Source of the DNA: Bacteroidales bacterium
GTDB lineage: Bacteria > Bacteroidota > Bacteroidia > Bacteroidales > VadinHA17
Reading direction: 5' to 3'
Assembly (NCBI GenBank): GCA_050013475.1
Contig: JBEKFE010000004.1
Coordinates: 135,625-199,624, forward strand
DNA length: 64,000 nt
The position numbers were made by a program, and so were the translations under genes. The notes under the pieces were generated by a model, which was given only the letters and a program-made list of their open reading frames with translations, made no database searches and was not told the origin of the DNA. Of the stretch, positions 1-10,632 are shown in pieces. Positions within the stretch are counted from its first letter, which is position 1, and each line of letters starts with the position of its first letter.

Positions 1-2791
1 AGGATGGGGAAGTATCGATAAAGGTGTAAATGACAGAGCCAAGGAGACCACACTTGCCTATGACCTCTCATCAACTCTTGAACTGGGTAAGTTCTTCCCC
101 GAAAAGGCAGGTGTGAGGCTCCCTGTCTATCTGGGCTATTCAGAATCAAGGATTAAGCCACAGTACGACCCTCTCGATCCTGATATACCATTCAATGATG
201 CACTTAAAGCTGCAACCACGAAGGCTGCAAAGGACTCAATAAAGGCAATTTCAGAAGATTATCTAAGGAGGAAGACCTTTACCATAAGCAATGCCGGCAT
301 TACAAAAAGAGGAAATAAAGCACATTTCTGGTCCCCTTCAAACTTAAGCTTTAATTATTCATACAACGAGGTTTACAGAAGCAATATTACCACAGAGCTT
401 AATCTGGAAAAGAACTACAAGGGAGGCCTCATTTATACCTTTGATGGTCAGCCACCGGACATTATGCCTTTAAAAAATGTGAAATTTCTGAATTCACCGG
501 CTTTAAAAATAATAAAAGATATTAATTTCTATCCTTACCCGAAGAGCATTTCCTTCAGGAGTGATATGACAAGGTATTACGATGAGATCATTACAAGAAA
601 TATCAGCAATCCCTACTTTAAGGTCACCCCATCATACACCAAGGACTTCTGGTGGACAAATATCTATGATGTCAAATTTGATGTGACCCGCCAGCTAAAG
701 ATCGACTTTACTGCAACAAATCTTGCCAGGATAGACGAACCGGCTGGTGGCGTCGACAAGGAACGATACAGTTCTACCTATGCGGCATGGCGCGATTCGG
801 TTTGGCAGAGCATAAAGCATTTTGGAAGGACAACAAACTATAACCATATTATTAATGTGAATTACAATATTCCTATAAATAAGCTGCCCCTTCTCAGCTG
901 GGTAAATGCCAATCTCAGGTATGGCGCAGATTATACCTGGCTGGTCGGACCAGTATTCCCTGACTCCATGAAGATCAATATGGGTAATACCATCAAGAAC
1001 CATAATGATCTTTCACTTACGGCAAATGCCACACTTACAGCACTTTATAATAAGGTTAGATTCTTCAAGAATATTGAAAACGACACCAGACCCGATGCAA
1101 AGAAGAACAGAAAGGATTATATAACAGTCAAATACTCAAAAGATAAGATCGCTTTCAAAGCGAAGACCCCCAGGGCTATTATACATAATCTTAAAACCAA
1201 GGATGTTGTGGTTAAGGTGTTTAACACGGCCGGAAAGGAGGTGAAGGGCAAGGTTGAGGTAAATAATGAGAACAAGGTGACGTTCACAGCCGACGAAAAG
1301 ACTGACAACGCAAGGGTAGTTATCGAGGGGAAGATAGAGAAGAAGCGGAATCCGTTCATAATGACCGGTGAATACCTTGTCAGGGCCTTGCTTGGGATAA
1401 GAAACGTTTCTCTTACCCTGTCGTCATCCCAGAGTGAGCTTCTGCCGGGCTATCTGCCAAAGACCAGTTACCTGGGAATGGAGAGCTATGACGGGATCAC
1501 TGCTCCAGGATGGCCTTTCATACTGGGATACAGCGATCCGAATTTCTTTGATAATGCCGCCAAAAGAGGATGGCTTACAACAGACACACTTCTGAATACT
1601 CCTGCAGTGTACAGCAATAACCAGACTATCTCATTCAGAAGCCTTATTGAACCTTTCCCCGGTTTAAAGATCGACCTGAATGCCGATAGGCGTTACGTCG
1701 AAACTATCTCATCATATTATATAGCGAACAAGGAAGGGATGTTCCCCGACAGCACCAGGAACAGGATGATCTCAGGCAGCTTCACCATTTCAATTATTTC
1801 GTGGGGGACCTCGTTTGAAAAAATGTCAGCGAGCAATGATTATATGTCAGCTGCATTTGAAAAATTCAAATCAAATACTGTGGTGATCTCAGAGAGAAGG
1901 GCTGAAGAAAGGCAGCAGAGTGATCCGGCTTATGACCCGAATACTGATCCGGCGACCGGCGAGCCAATTACGGGTCCGTACAAGAGCGGATACGGAGAGA
2001 CCTCAAGTGAGGTTTTGATACCTGCCTTTCTGGCCGCTTACACCAAGACAGATCCAAACAAGATAACTCTTGATAACTTCCCATCGGCATTGCATATGAT
2101 GCCAAACTGGAGGATCACGTTTGACGGGTTGTCAAAACTCGATTTTATACAATCCATTTTCAGATCTGTAAGCCTGTCTCATCAGTACAGGAGTACCTAC
2201 TCTCTGAGCTCATTTACCACAAACCTTGACTTCGTACCCGGAGTCTCAGGTATGGGGGATATGAGGGATCTTCAGGGCAATTATATCCCATTGTACCAGG
2301 TAGACGTTGTCACAATAAATGAACAGTTCAGCCCGCTCATCAATGTTGACCTTAACTGGAAAAACAACATGACTACCCGGTTTGAATGGAAAAAATCAAG
2401 AACAGTCTCACTGAATCTGGCGAGTAACCAGGTTGCTGATGCCCGTAGCAATGAACTTGTTTTTGGGGCCGGTTACAGGTTTGACAATGTTAAGATAAAC
2501 ATCAAAACTGCCAGCGGTCAGAAGAATTTCAAGAGCGACCTCAATCTAAGGTTTGATATGTCGATAAGAGATAATAAGACCATAGCAAGAAAACTCATTG
2601 AGGATGTTGACCAGCCCGTGGTAGGGCAGAGGATCTTCACGATCGGGGCAACCGCAGATTATGCCCTGAGCGACAGGTTCAATCTTCAGATATTTGTCGA
2701 TCATACGGTTAATAATCCATTCGTAGCCAGTACATTCCCAACATCAAATACAAATTTCGGGTTCACCCTCAAATTTACGCTTGTTCAATAA
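1..2791 (+). CDS. sprA: T9SS translocon / gliding motility protein SprA, C-terminal part (5' end lies upstream of the window)
   Basis: The frame is open from nt 2, so the GTG at 113 is internal. Long beta-rich sequence ending ...NTNFGFTLKFTLVQ, as I recall for Bacteroidota SprA, and gcvH follows as in many Bacteroidota. Recalled family similarity only. Confidence 0.7.
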   Translation, partial: GWGSIDKGVNDRAKETTLAYDLSSTLELGKFFPEKAGVRLPVYLGYSESRIKPQYDPLDPDIPFNDALKAATTKAAKDSIKAISEDYLRRKTFTISNAGITKRGNKAHFWSPSNLSFNYSYNEVYRSNITTELNLEKNYKGGLIYTFDGQPPDIMPLKNVKFLNSPALKIIKDINFYPYPKSISFRSDMTRYYDEIITRNISNPYFKVTPSYTKDFWWTNIYDVKFDVTRQLKIDFTATNLARIDEPAGGVDKERYSSTYAAWRDSVWQSIKHFGRTTNYNHIINVNYNIPINKLPLLSWVNANLRYGADYTWLVGPVFPDSMKINMGNTIKNHNDLSLTANATLTALYNKVRFFKNIENDTRPDAKKNRKDYITVKYSKDKIAFKAKTPRAIIHNLKTKDVVVKVFNTAGKEVKGKVEVNNENKVTFTADEKTDNARVVIEGKIEKKRNPFIMTGEYLVRALLGIRNVSLTLSSSQSELLPGYLPKTSYLGMESYDGITAPGWPFILGYSDPNFFDNAAKRGWLTTDTLLNTPAVYSNNQTISFRSLIEPFPGLKIDLNADRRYVETISSYYIANKEGMFPDSTRNRMISGSFTISIISWGTSFEKMSASNDYMSAAFEKFKSNTVVISERRAEERQQSDPAYDPNTDPATGEPITGPYKSGYGETSSEVLIPAFLAAYTKTDPNKITLDNFPSALHMMPNWRITFDGLSKLDFIQSIFRSVSLSHQYRSTYSLSSFTTNLDFVPGVSGMGDMRDLQGNYIPLYQVDVVTINEQFSPLINVDLNWKNNMTTRFEWKKSRTVSLNLASNQVADARSNELVFGAGYRFDNVKINIKTASGQKNFKSDLNLRFDMSIRDNKTIARKLIEDVDQPVVGQRIFTIGATADYALSDRFNLQIFVDHTVNNPFVASTFPTSNTNFGFTLKFTLVQ

Positions 2792-2859
2792 ACAGGAAAC
2801 AGGAAAAGGAGGTCGGTTAAAAAATGTATTTAGTCACCTGCTGTGAATTAAAATTTCCT

Positions 2860-2867
2860 TATTTTTG
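2860..2867 (+). promoter_or_regulatory. putative sigmaA -7 box (TATTTTTG)
   Basis: Matches the Bacteroidota -7 consensus TAnnTTTG, 52 nt upstream of the gcvH ATG. Confidence 0.35.
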
Positions 2868-2919
2868 GCTTGCCTGAAATTTGAGCAGGAAGTATTATAA
2901 ACTTAATAAACCTCTGAAA

Positions 2920-3300
2920 ATGAATGTTCCCGAAAATTTAAAGTACACAAAGGACCATGAGTGGCTTCGTGTTGAAGGCAACATGGCTTATATTGGAGTG
3001 ACCGATTTTGCCCAGGGCGAACTTGGTGATATTGTTTTTATTGAAATTGAAACGGTAGGGGAAACCATGAAGAAAGAAGAGGTTTTCGGCACCATTGAAG
3101 CCGTAAAAACAGTATCCGATATGTTTATGCCTGTCGGGGGTGAGATACTTGAGATGAATCAGGCGATTGAAGAGACACCTGATGTGGTTAATAAGGATCC
3201 TTACGGAAAGGGATGGATGATAAAGATCCGGATCAGCGATCCTTCCGAGACAAGTCAGCTACTTACACCGGAAAAATACAGGGAACTCATCGGAGCCTGA
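2920..3300 (+). CDS. gcvH: glycine cleavage system protein H
   Basis: Lipoyl-attachment motif EAVKTVSD and typical size. ATG 2920 (MNVPENLKYTKDHEW) is preferred over the TTG at 2881. Confidence 0.9.
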   Translation: MNVPENLKYTKDHEWLRVEGNMAYIGVTDFAQGELGDIVFIEIETVGETMKKEEVFGTIEAVKTVSDMFMPVGGEILEMNQAIEETPDVVNKDPYGKGWMIKIRISDPSETSQLLTPEKYRELIGA

Positions 3301-3315
3301 TCTTCCATCAGGCCT

Positions 3316-6249
3316 TTACAGATTCTTTTTGACTTCGACCTCCTGGTAGGCTTCAATAATGTCGCTTGGTTTTATGTCGTTGAAATTCTGGATATTCAGG
3401 CCGCATTCAAGACCTCCCACCACTTCCCTGGCATCGTCCTTAAATCGCTTTAGTGAACCGAGTTCACCTGAATATATTACGATACCATCGCGGATGATCC
3501 TGACCTTGGATGTCCTGCTGATCTTGCCTTCCTTTACGTAACAGCCGGCAACAGTTCCTACTTTTGTTATCTTGAATGTCTCTCTTATTTCGAGCGTAGC
3601 GACGATTTCTTCCCTGACCTCAGGAATAAGCATACCTTCCATTGCCGATTTTAATTCTTCGATAGCATCGTAAATTATTGAGTACAGGCGAATGTCGATC
3701 TGCTCTTTTTCAGCAAGCTTCCGGGCGTTAAGAGAAGGTCTGACCTGGAACCCTATTATAACAGCATTGGAAGCAGCAGCCAGAAGTACATCGGATTCAG
3801 AGATCTGACCAACCGCCTTATGAATTATATTAAGCTGGATCTCCGGTGTGGACAGCTTTATAAGTGAATCGCTCAACGCTTCTACAGATCCGTCGACATC
3901 ACCCTTAACAATTATATTAAGCTCCTGGAAGTTACCGATGGCAATTCTTCTTCCTATTTCATCAAGAGTTATATGCTTCTGAGTACGCAGTTCCTGCTCC
4001 CTCTGGAGCTGTGCCCTCTTTGTTGCAATATCCTTTGCCTCCCTGTCGCTGAGCATCACATTGAACTTGTCTCCAGCCTGCGGAGCTCCGTTAAGTCCAA
4101 GTAAAAGCACAGGCATTGCCGGACCAATAATATCAACCTTATTGCCCCTTTCATTGTACATTGCTTTTACGTGACCGAAACAACTTCCTGCAAGAACGAT
4201 ATCTCCGACCCTGAGAGTTCCTGCCTTTACAAGAACTGTGGCAGTATACCCGCGCCCTTTGTCGAGAGAAGATTCGATAACTGTTCCAAGTGCCGGCTTA
4301 TCCGGATTGGCTTTGAGATCGAGCATCTCAGCCTCAAGAAGAACTTTGTCGAGAAGCAGCCCAATATTAAGGCCGCTTTTTGCTGATATCTCCTGCGACT
4401 GGAATTTTCCTCCCCAGTCCTCGACCAGATAATTCATCTTGGCCAGTTCTTCCTTTATCTTCTCGGGGTTACTTGTCGGTTTGTCAATTTTATTGATAGC
4501 AAAAACTATCGGTACTCCTGCAGCTGATGCATGGTTTATCGCTTCAACGGTCTGTGGCATCACGCCATCGTCAGCAGCAACCACAATGATAGCTATATCA
4601 GTTATCTGTGCACCTCTTGCACGCATAGCCGTAAAAGCTTCGTGTCCGGGAGTATCGAGGAAAGTTATCATTCTGCCGTCTTCAAGCCTTACCCCATACG
4701 CACCAATATGCTGGGTAATACCGCCGGCTTCACCAGCAATGACATTTGTATTCCTGATATAGTCAAGAAGTTTTGTCTTTCCATGGTCGACATGGCCCAT
4801 TACCGTTACTATCGGTGGCCTTGGCTTGAGCTCTTCGGGTGTATCGGCTTCCTCTTTTACTGCCTCCTGAAGCTCGGCGCTCACGAACTCGACCTTGTAG
4901 CCAAATTCATCAGCCAGGAGGGCCATGGTTTCAGCATCAAGCCTCTGGTTGATCGAAACAAAGAGACCCAGATTCATGCAGGTGGAAATGATCTCGGTAA
5001 CGGCAACATTCATCATGGATGCCAGTTCGTTTACCGAGACGAATTCTGTTACCTTAAGAATATTCTTTTCAAGTTCCCTGAGTTCAGTTTCCTCCTTCTG
5101 CTTCTGGCTGACCGCATCCCTTTTCTCCCTCCTGTACTTTGACCCTTTCGATTTGCCCTTGAATGTAAGCCTTGCCAGAGTCTCCTTTATCTGCTTCTGA
5201 ACTTCCTCTTCATCTACTTCGGCCCTGACAGGTCTTTTCTTAATGACTTTTTTGGACTTGTTATCCTTCTTATCAACAAGCGCCGGTTTTACGACAGAAG
5301 AAGAGTCCTTTTCCTTAAAAATACGTTTTCTTTTCTTTTTTCTGCGTTCCTCGTCATCCCCTGATACTTTTACGGGCTGGTACTGAGAGGGTTTCTTTTT
5401 CTCTTCAACAGGAAGATCGATCCTGCCTACAACTGTCGGACCCGATAATTTTTTGAATTCAGGTTTATAGACTTTCACGATCTCTTCTACCTGGATATCA
5501 GGATCAGGGTCCGAAACCTGGTCAGTGATCGCTTCCTCTTCAACCTCGCTTAAAACCGGTTCTTCCACCGGGATCTCGATTATTTCTTCCGAATGCTCTT
5601 TTCCTTTTTTAGATGACTTTGAATCCTGATCCTTTGAAGGTTTTGTCTCTTTCTTTGCTGTCTCGAGGTCAATTTTCCCTACAATATGAAGGTCGATCCC
5701 TGCCTTTTGGTCAGTGTCAGATTCCTTTGGAGACTTAGCTTTTTTATCAGAAGCTTTTTCCTTTGTTTCACCTCCGGTTGCTGCCCTGGATGGTTTCTCC
5801 GTCTTTTCCTCTTTACCGGCATCAGGCTGCACGGTTTTTGGCCTTGAGCTCTTCTCAAGATCTATCTTGCCAACAAGTTTGACCTCAGGTTTCCTGACCT
5901 CAGGTTTGATATCAATTGTCTTTTTTACGCCTGAAACATCAGTAATAAGGATCTCATCTTCAGTCTCGGTTTCTTCAGTCTGATCCTTAACGGGCACGTC
6001 ATCGATAGAGACGCTCTCCTTGTGTCTGTGGAGGTCTTTAAGAATAAGTTTTTCTGATTCTTTCTTAACGCTTATATCGGTGCTGTATTCCTTTACAAGC
6101 AGTGCATAAGCTTCGGGAGGAAGTTTTGTATTGGGGTTGGGATCAAGATTGAACCCTTTCTTATGCAGAAACTCCACAATGGTAGAGATCCCAACATTGA
6201 ATTCGCGGGCTGCCTTACTTAATCTCGTTGCCTTAATATCATCTGTCAT
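3316..6249 (-). CDS. infB: translation initiation factor IF-2
   Basis: G-domain motifs [13 protein letters not shown] and NKID. K/E-rich N-terminal region. Follows nusA. Confidence 0.95.
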   Translation of the reverse strand: MTDDIKATRLSKAAREFNVGISTIVEFLHKKGFNLDPNPNTKLPPEAYALLVKEYSTDISVKKESEKLILKDLHRHKESVSIDDVPVKDQTEETETEDEILITDVSGVKKTIDIKPEVRKPEVKLVGKIDLEKSSRPKTVQPDAGKEEKTEKPSRAATGGETKEKASDKKAKSPKESDTDQKAGIDLHIVGKIDLETAKKETKPSKDQDSKSSKKGKEHSEEIIEIPVEEPVLSEVEEEAITDQVSDPDPDIQVEEIVKVYKPEFKKLSGPTVVGRIDLPVEEKKKPSQYQPVKVSGDDEERRKKKRKRIFKEKDSSSVVKPALVDKKDNKSKKVIKKRPVRAEVDEEEVQKQIKETLARLTFKGKSKGSKYRREKRDAVSQKQKEETELRELEKNILKVTEFVSVNELASMMNVAVTEIISTCMNLGLFVSINQRLDAETMALLADEFGYKVEFVSAELQEAVKEEADTPEELKPRPPIVTVMGHVDHGKTKLLDYIRNTNVIAGEAGGITQHIGAYGVRLEDGRMITFLDTPGHEAFTAMRARGAQITDIAIIVVAADDGVMPQTVEAINHASAAGVPIVFAINKIDKPTSNPEKIKEELAKMNYLVEDWGGKFQSQEISAKSGLNIGLLLDKVLLEAEMLDLKANPDKPALGTVIESSLDKGRGYTATVLVKAGTLRVGDIVLAGSCFGHVKAMYNERGNKVDIIGPAMPVLLLGLNGAPQAGDKFNVMLSDREAKDIATKRAQLQREQELRTQKHITLDEIGRRIAIGNFQELNIIVKGDVDGSVEALSDSLIKLSTPEIQLNIIHKAVGQISESDVLLAAASNAVIIGFQVRPSLNARKLAEKEQIDIRLYSIIYDAIEELKSAMEGMLIPEVREEIVATLEIRETFKITKVGTVAGCYVKEGKISRTSKVRIIRDGIVIYSGELGSLKRFKDDAREVVGGLECGLNIQNFNDIKPSDIIEAYQEVEVKKNL

Positions 6250-6314
6250 GGAAAACCTTACCTTATAAACTTCACGACAAAGAAGTCAAATTTATTTATT
6301 AATTCCTAAGTATT

Positions 6315-7553
6315 CTATTCAAATTCAGCTCTGAGGATGTTGATAACCTCCTTAACAGTCTCCTCTTCCAGGTCGGTCCTTTTAACAAGGTCGCTGATTG
6401 ATAAATTAAGCACACTTCTTGCTGTATCACAACCAATGGCTTTGAGTTCTTCAATTATCCATTCGTCGATCTCATCCGAGAACTCCTCAAGATTGACATC
6501 TTCCTCATCTTCACCTCCTGGTTCCCTGTAAACGTCGATCTCATATCCCGTAAGCTGGCTGGCAAGCTTTATATTCAGACCACCTTTGCCGATGGCCAGG
6601 GAAACTTCGTTGGGCTTAAGATATATCTCAGCTCTTTTGGTCTCTTCAATAAGCTTGATCGAAGTAATTTTGGCAGGGCTCAGCGCTCTCTGGATGAAAA
6701 GCTGATTATTGGCTGTAAAATTTATGACATCAATATTTTCGTTACGCAGCTCCCTCACTATACCATGGATCCTTGAACCCTTCATACCTACACAGGCGCC
6801 TACCGGGTCGATCCTCTCATCGTAAGACTCAACTGCAACTTTAGCGCGTTCACCCGGGACCCTTACAATCTTCTTGATGGTTATCAGCCCGTCGAATATT
6901 TCAGGAACTTCAAGTTCGAAAAGTCTTTCAAGGAAAACAGGGGAAGTCCTGCTCAGAATGATGAAAGGGGTATTATTCCTCATTTCAACCTTGATCACTA
7001 CAGCTCTTATCGAATCGCCTTTGCGGAAATGGTCTGAAGGGATCTGTTCGCTCTTGGGAATTATAAGTTCGTTCCCGTCATCATCAAGTACCAGTATTTC
7101 TCTTTTCCAGACCTGGTAAACTTCACCGGTTACAATTTCACCGATCCTGTCCTTGTATTTTGCGTAAATATTGTTCTTTTCAAGATCAAGTATGCGGGCT
7201 GTAAGATTTTGCCTCAGAGACAAAATTGCCCTTCTTCCGAAATCGAGGAATTTGACCTCGTCAGAGACCTCTTCGCCTACCTCGTAATCGGAATCAATCT
7301 TTTTTGCTTCGGAGAGAGGGATCTGGGTGTTGGGATCAACAAATTCATCGTCATTTACTACCTCCCTGTTACGCCAAATCTCAAAGTCTCCCTTGTCGAT
7401 ATTGACGATAATGTCAAAATTATCTGCTGAACCGTATCTTTTTGCCAGCATGCTCCTGAAGACATCTTCAAGGACACTCATCATCGTTGGCCTGTCGATA
7501 TTCTTTAATTCCTTAAATTCAGAAAAGGTGTCGATCAAATTAACGTTTTCCAT
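6315..7553 (-). CDS. nusA: transcription termination/antitermination factor NusA
   Basis: N-terminal domain plus S1/KH-type layout (412 aa). Lies between rimP and infB. Confidence 0.9.
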   Translation of the reverse strand: MENVNLIDTFSEFKELKNIDRPTMMSVLEDVFRSMLAKRYGSADNFDIIVNIDKGDFEIWRNREVVNDDEFVDPNTQIPLSEAKKIDSDYEVGEEVSDEVKFLDFGRRAILSLRQNLTARILDLEKNNIYAKYKDRIGEIVTGEVYQVWKREILVLDDDGNELIIPKSEQIPSDHFRKGDSIRAVVIKVEMRNNTPFIILSRTSPVFLERLFELEVPEIFDGLITIKKIVRVPGERAKVAVESYDERIDPVGACVGMKGSRIHGIVRELRNENIDVINFTANNQLFIQRALSPAKITSIKLIEETKRAEIYLKPNEVSLAIGKGGLNIKLASQLTGYEIDVYREPGGEDEEDVNLEEFSDEIDEWIIEELKAIGCDTARSVLNLSISDLVKRTDLEEETVKEVINILRAEFE

Positions 7554-7572
7554 CTGTTAAAAACCTAAAATA

Positions 7573-8037
7573 TTATTTAAATGTTACAATCTCCCTTGCA
7601 GATTTTACCTGCTCATAATTGAATGATATATCTTTAATCTCTGCAGGTTTACCTTTTGATCCGGATTTGCTTTTTGTCCCGGTCTCAAGTTCGAACCCGC
7701 CTGCGGTTACATTTTTCAGTATTCCACTGTACTTTTCCCCGTCTGTGTCTATAACCTCGATCTGCCAGCCCTCATTTTTATAATATTGCTGGAGAACAAG
7801 GAAGGGCATATCCAGCCCGGGCGAAGAAACCTGGAGCTCATAATCCTCCTCATCCCGGTCGAGACTCTTCCCGATGAACCTGCTCAGTTCAGCACATTCT
7901 TCAATCGTTATTCCCTCTTTCCTGTCGACAAGAACAGTTATTTTTCCTGTCGCGCTTATTCTAACTGCAACCAGAAAGAGTTCCTTTCCATTAATGTACT
8001 CCTTAACCAGATTTTCTATTTTTGTCTTTTCTGTCAT
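7573..8037 (-). CDS. rimP: ribosome maturation factor RimP
   Basis: Size and position upstream of nusA. ATG 8037 (MTEKTKIENLV) is preferred over the GTG at 8094. Confidence 0.8.
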   Translation of the reverse strand: MTEKTKIENLVKEYINGKELFLVAVRISATGKITVLVDRKEGITIEECAELSRFIGKSLDRDEEDYELQVSSPGLDMPFLVLQQYYKNEGWQIEVIDTDGEKYSGILKNVTAGGFELETGTKSKSGSKGKPAEIKDISFNYEQVKSAREIVTFK

Positions 8038-8049
8038 TGCTCTGAATCT

Positions 8050-8080
8050 GATAATAAAATAGGGGACTTTAGTGTCCCCC
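8050..8080 (-). promoter_or_regulatory. terminator-like leader hairpin upstream of rimP-nusA-infB
   Basis: On the minus strand, GGGGAC-ACTAAA-GTCCCC (8079-8062) is followed by UAUUUUAUUAU, 24 nt before the rimP ATG. Confidence 0.35.
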
Positions 8081-8107
8081 TGGCTCAAATTCACCTCAAA
8101 TCGGCTA

Positions 8108-8115
8108 CAAAGATA
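8108..8115 (-). promoter_or_regulatory. putative -7 box (TATCTTTG on minus strand)
   Basis: TAnnTTTG match 70 nt upstream of the rimP ATG. Confidence 0.35.
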
Positions 8116-8338
8116 GATTATTATTTTGAAAATAAAAAACTTTTATATGATTTCGTACTACGGATTCCTGATATTGAAATGCTTAGTCAGCTCAGACATT
8201 TTGACCATGTATTGAACTTAACGCAGATCCGGAAGGTTAAAGTATAATTACGCAATGATCAGCGAATTCTGAGGGAAAAATATCTAATATTACAGCCTGG
8301 TTGCAATACATGCAGTCATGAGAAATTCTTAACAATTT

Positions 8339-9280
8339 ATGGCATTGGAATTTGACAGGAAAGATAATGATCTGCTGAGCAATTGTATCCTGTGTCCCAG
8401 GGAATGCGCTGTTAACAGGTTTAAAGGGAGAGAGGGGTATTGTGGTACCGATTCGGGTCTGAATATTGCATCGATCTGCATTCACAGGGGAGAAGAGCCG
8501 CCGATAAGCGGACCGGATGGCATTTGCAATATATTCTTTTCCGGATGCAATCTCAGGTGCAGCTATTGCCAGAATCATGATATCAGCCAACCATACAGCC
8601 ATGTTCCAGGCAAATTCGATGATATTGATCTTGTTCTTGACCAGGTCGGGAACCTGCTTCTGAACGGGGCAAAGGCAGTGGGATTTGTTTCTCCATCCCA
8701 TGTGGTCCCGCAGATGAAGGCGATAATAACAGGATTGCACAGGCGTGGCTTACATCCAATCATAGTTTACAATACAAATAGTTACGACAGGCCTGAAACG
8801 CTCCATGAAATATCATCCATAATTGATATCTATCTTCCTGATATGAAGTATGCCACACGGGAACTGGCATTGGAATATTCTGATTCAGCCGATTATCCTG
8901 ATATTGCCCTGCGGGCTATAAAAGAGATGTATTATCAGAAAGGCTCGCTGCTCAGGATGGATGAAAACGGAATGGCTGAGAACGGCATTCTTCTAAGGCA
9001 CCTTGTTCTGCCAGGACATGCTGAAGAGAGCAAAAAAGTTCTTAGGCTTTTGGCTGAAGAGATCTCGACGGGTATCAGCATATCACTTATGTCGCAGTAT
9101 CATCCTGTTCACCAGGTCAGGTATCATCCTGTTCTCAGCCGGACGATATATGCGGAAGAGTATTTGAGTGTCGTGGAAGAGATGGAGCGTCTGGGATTCA
9201 GGAACGGCTGGCTTCAGGACCCGGGAAGCAACGACAATTATCTGCCTGACTTCAGCAGGGATCATCCTTTTGAAAAATAG
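8339..9280 (+). CDS. radical SAM protein (PflX / COG1313-like)
   Basis: CNLRCSYCQN (CxxxCxxC) cluster motif and a Cys-rich N-terminus (CILCPREC). Confidence 0.8.
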   Translation: MALEFDRKDNDLLSNCILCPRECAVNRFKGREGYCGTDSGLNIASICIHRGEEPPISGPDGICNIFFSGCNLRCSYCQNHDISQPYSHVPGKFDDIDLVLDQVGNLLLNGAKAVGFVSPSHVVPQMKAIITGLHRRGLHPIIVYNTNSYDRPETLHEISSIIDIYLPDMKYATRELALEYSDSADYPDIALRAIKEMYYQKGSLLRMDENGMAENGILLRHLVLPGHAEESKKVLRLLAEEISTGISISLMSQYHPVHQVRYHPVLSRTIYAEEYLSVVEEMERLGFRNGWLQDPGSNDNYLPDFSRDHPFEK

Positions 9281-9337
9281 CTTCAATACCCTTGTGCAGT
9301 TTTACGAAGGCTTCTGGCACATTGTAAAATGTTTTCC

Positions 9338-9345
9338 TATTTTTG
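9338..9345 (+). promoter_or_regulatory. putative -7 box (TATTTTTG)
   Basis: TAnnTTTG match that overlaps the first possible start (TTG 9343) of the HD gene. This argues for the GTG at 9364 as the start. Confidence 0.3.
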
Positions 9346-9363
9346 TGTGTTCAATTTGATCGC

Positions 9364-10617
9364 GTGGTCTATCATCAAAATAAGCGGAAAATCATAAATG
9401 ATCCTGTTTACGGGTTCATCAGCGTTCCCGGCGATTTCATTTTCGATATCATTGAGCATCCATGGTTCCAGCGGTTGAGGAACATCAGGCAGCTTGGCCT
9501 TACAAATTTCGTATACCCCGGTGCAACCCATACAAGATTTCAGCATGCCCTTGGCTCCCTTCACCTGATGGATACCGCTATTCAGACCCTAAGGGCAAAA
9601 GGTGTAAATATAAGCGACGAAGAAGAAGAGGCAACTTTCCTTGCGATCCTTCTGCACGATGCGGGTCATGGTCCCTTTTCACATGCCCTTGAGAATTCAA
9701 TAATTTCCGGCATCAGTCATGAAGAGCTTTCGCTCCTCCTTATGAAGAAGATGAATGAAACTTTCAAAGGGAAGCTGACACTGGCAATTGATATCTTCAC
9801 CGGGAAATACAAACGCAAATTTTTACACGAACTGATCGCAGGGCAGGTTGATATGGACCGGCTGGATTACCTGAAGCGCGACAGCTTTTTTACCGGTGTT
9901 GTTGAAGGATCTGTCGGTTCTGACAGAATAATAAGGATGCTGAATGTGGTCAGCGACAGGCTGGTGATAGATGAAAAAGGAATATATTCCCTGGAAAAGT
10001 TCATTATAGCACGAAGGCTTATGTACTGGCAGGTATATATGCATAAAACAGTACTTTCATCCGAAAGCATGCTTGTAAATGTTCTCAGGAGAGCAAAGGA
10101 AATTGCAATTTCAGGCAAGGATATTTACGCCACTCCGGCACTCCGGTTTTTCCTATATAATAATATAGGGCCGGCAGACATTACAGACGGAGGGGTTTTT
10201 ACACCGGGTCATGTTTGCTCGAATTTCACAAAGCTTGACGATAGTGATATACTGGTATCGGCTAAATACTGGGCAGATGATGATGATAAAGCGCTTTCAG
10301 ACCTTTCGAGAAGACTGATACAGCGCGACCTTCTGGCAATTGAACTTCAGAATGAGGCTTTTTCAGTCAAAAGGGTCGCTTCGCTCAAAAAGGAAGCCGG
10401 AGAAAGGCTGGGGATCGATCCTGGTGTGATGAAATATTATGTTTTCGCTGGCAATGTTTCCAATCTCGCCTATGCACCGGATGCCCCGGAAGTAAAGATC
10501 CTGAGAAGGTCGGGTGAAACGGCAGATATACAGGATGTATCAGATATGTTCGATCACAGGTTCCTTTCGGAACGGATAATTAAATATTTCCTTTGTTACC
10601 CAAAAGAATGCAGATAA
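9364..10617 (+). CDS. HD domain-containing phosphohydrolase
   Basis: HDAGHGPFSH motif and a downstream DRLDYLKRD. The ORF opens at 9343 (TTG). No in-frame ATG is nearby, so the start is uncertain (9343 or 9364). Confidence 0.75.
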   Translation: MVYHQNKRKIINDPVYGFISVPGDFIFDIIEHPWFQRLRNIRQLGLTNFVYPGATHTRFQHALGSLHLMDTAIQTLRAKGVNISDEEEEATFLAILLHDAGHGPFSHALENSIISGISHEELSLLLMKKMNETFKGKLTLAIDIFTGKYKRKFLHELIAGQVDMDRLDYLKRDSFFTGVVEGSVGSDRIIRMLNVVSDRLVIDEKGIYSLEKFIIARRLMYWQVYMHKTVLSSESMLVNVLRRAKEIAISGKDIYATPALRFFLYNNIGPADITDGGVFTPGHVCSNFTKLDDSDILVSAKYWADDDDKALSDLSRRLIQRDLLAIELQNEAFSVKRVASLKKEAGERLGIDPGVMKYYVFAGNVSNLAYAPDAPEVKILRRSGETADIQDVSDMFDHRFLSERIIKYFLCYPKECR

Positions 10618-10632
10618 TTTAAATTGTCAGTC

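Noticed and set aside
2805-2877. AAAGGAGG followed by a 17-codon ORF (ATG 2824) after the sprA stop
   Set aside because: The spacing is 11 nt, the peptide (MYLVTCCELKFPYFWLA) has no features, and the ORF overlaps the predicted gcvH -7 box. I treat it as chance.
2792-2919. Possible glycine riboswitch upstream of gcvH
   Set aside because: The interval is short and AT-rich. It lacks the conserved GGAGAG / CACCG-type cores and paired aptamer stems.
4171-5983. Several 60-200-aa ORFs on the plus strand inside infB
   Set aside because: They lie opposite an unambiguous IF-2 gene, have biased composition and carry no motifs. They are by-products of the codon bias of the real frame.
8237-8740. 167-aa minus-strand ORF overlapping the radical-SAM gene start
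   Set aside because: The plus-strand frame carries the CxxxCxxC radical-SAM motif. The minus-strand product has no features and would leave the radical-SAM gene truncated.
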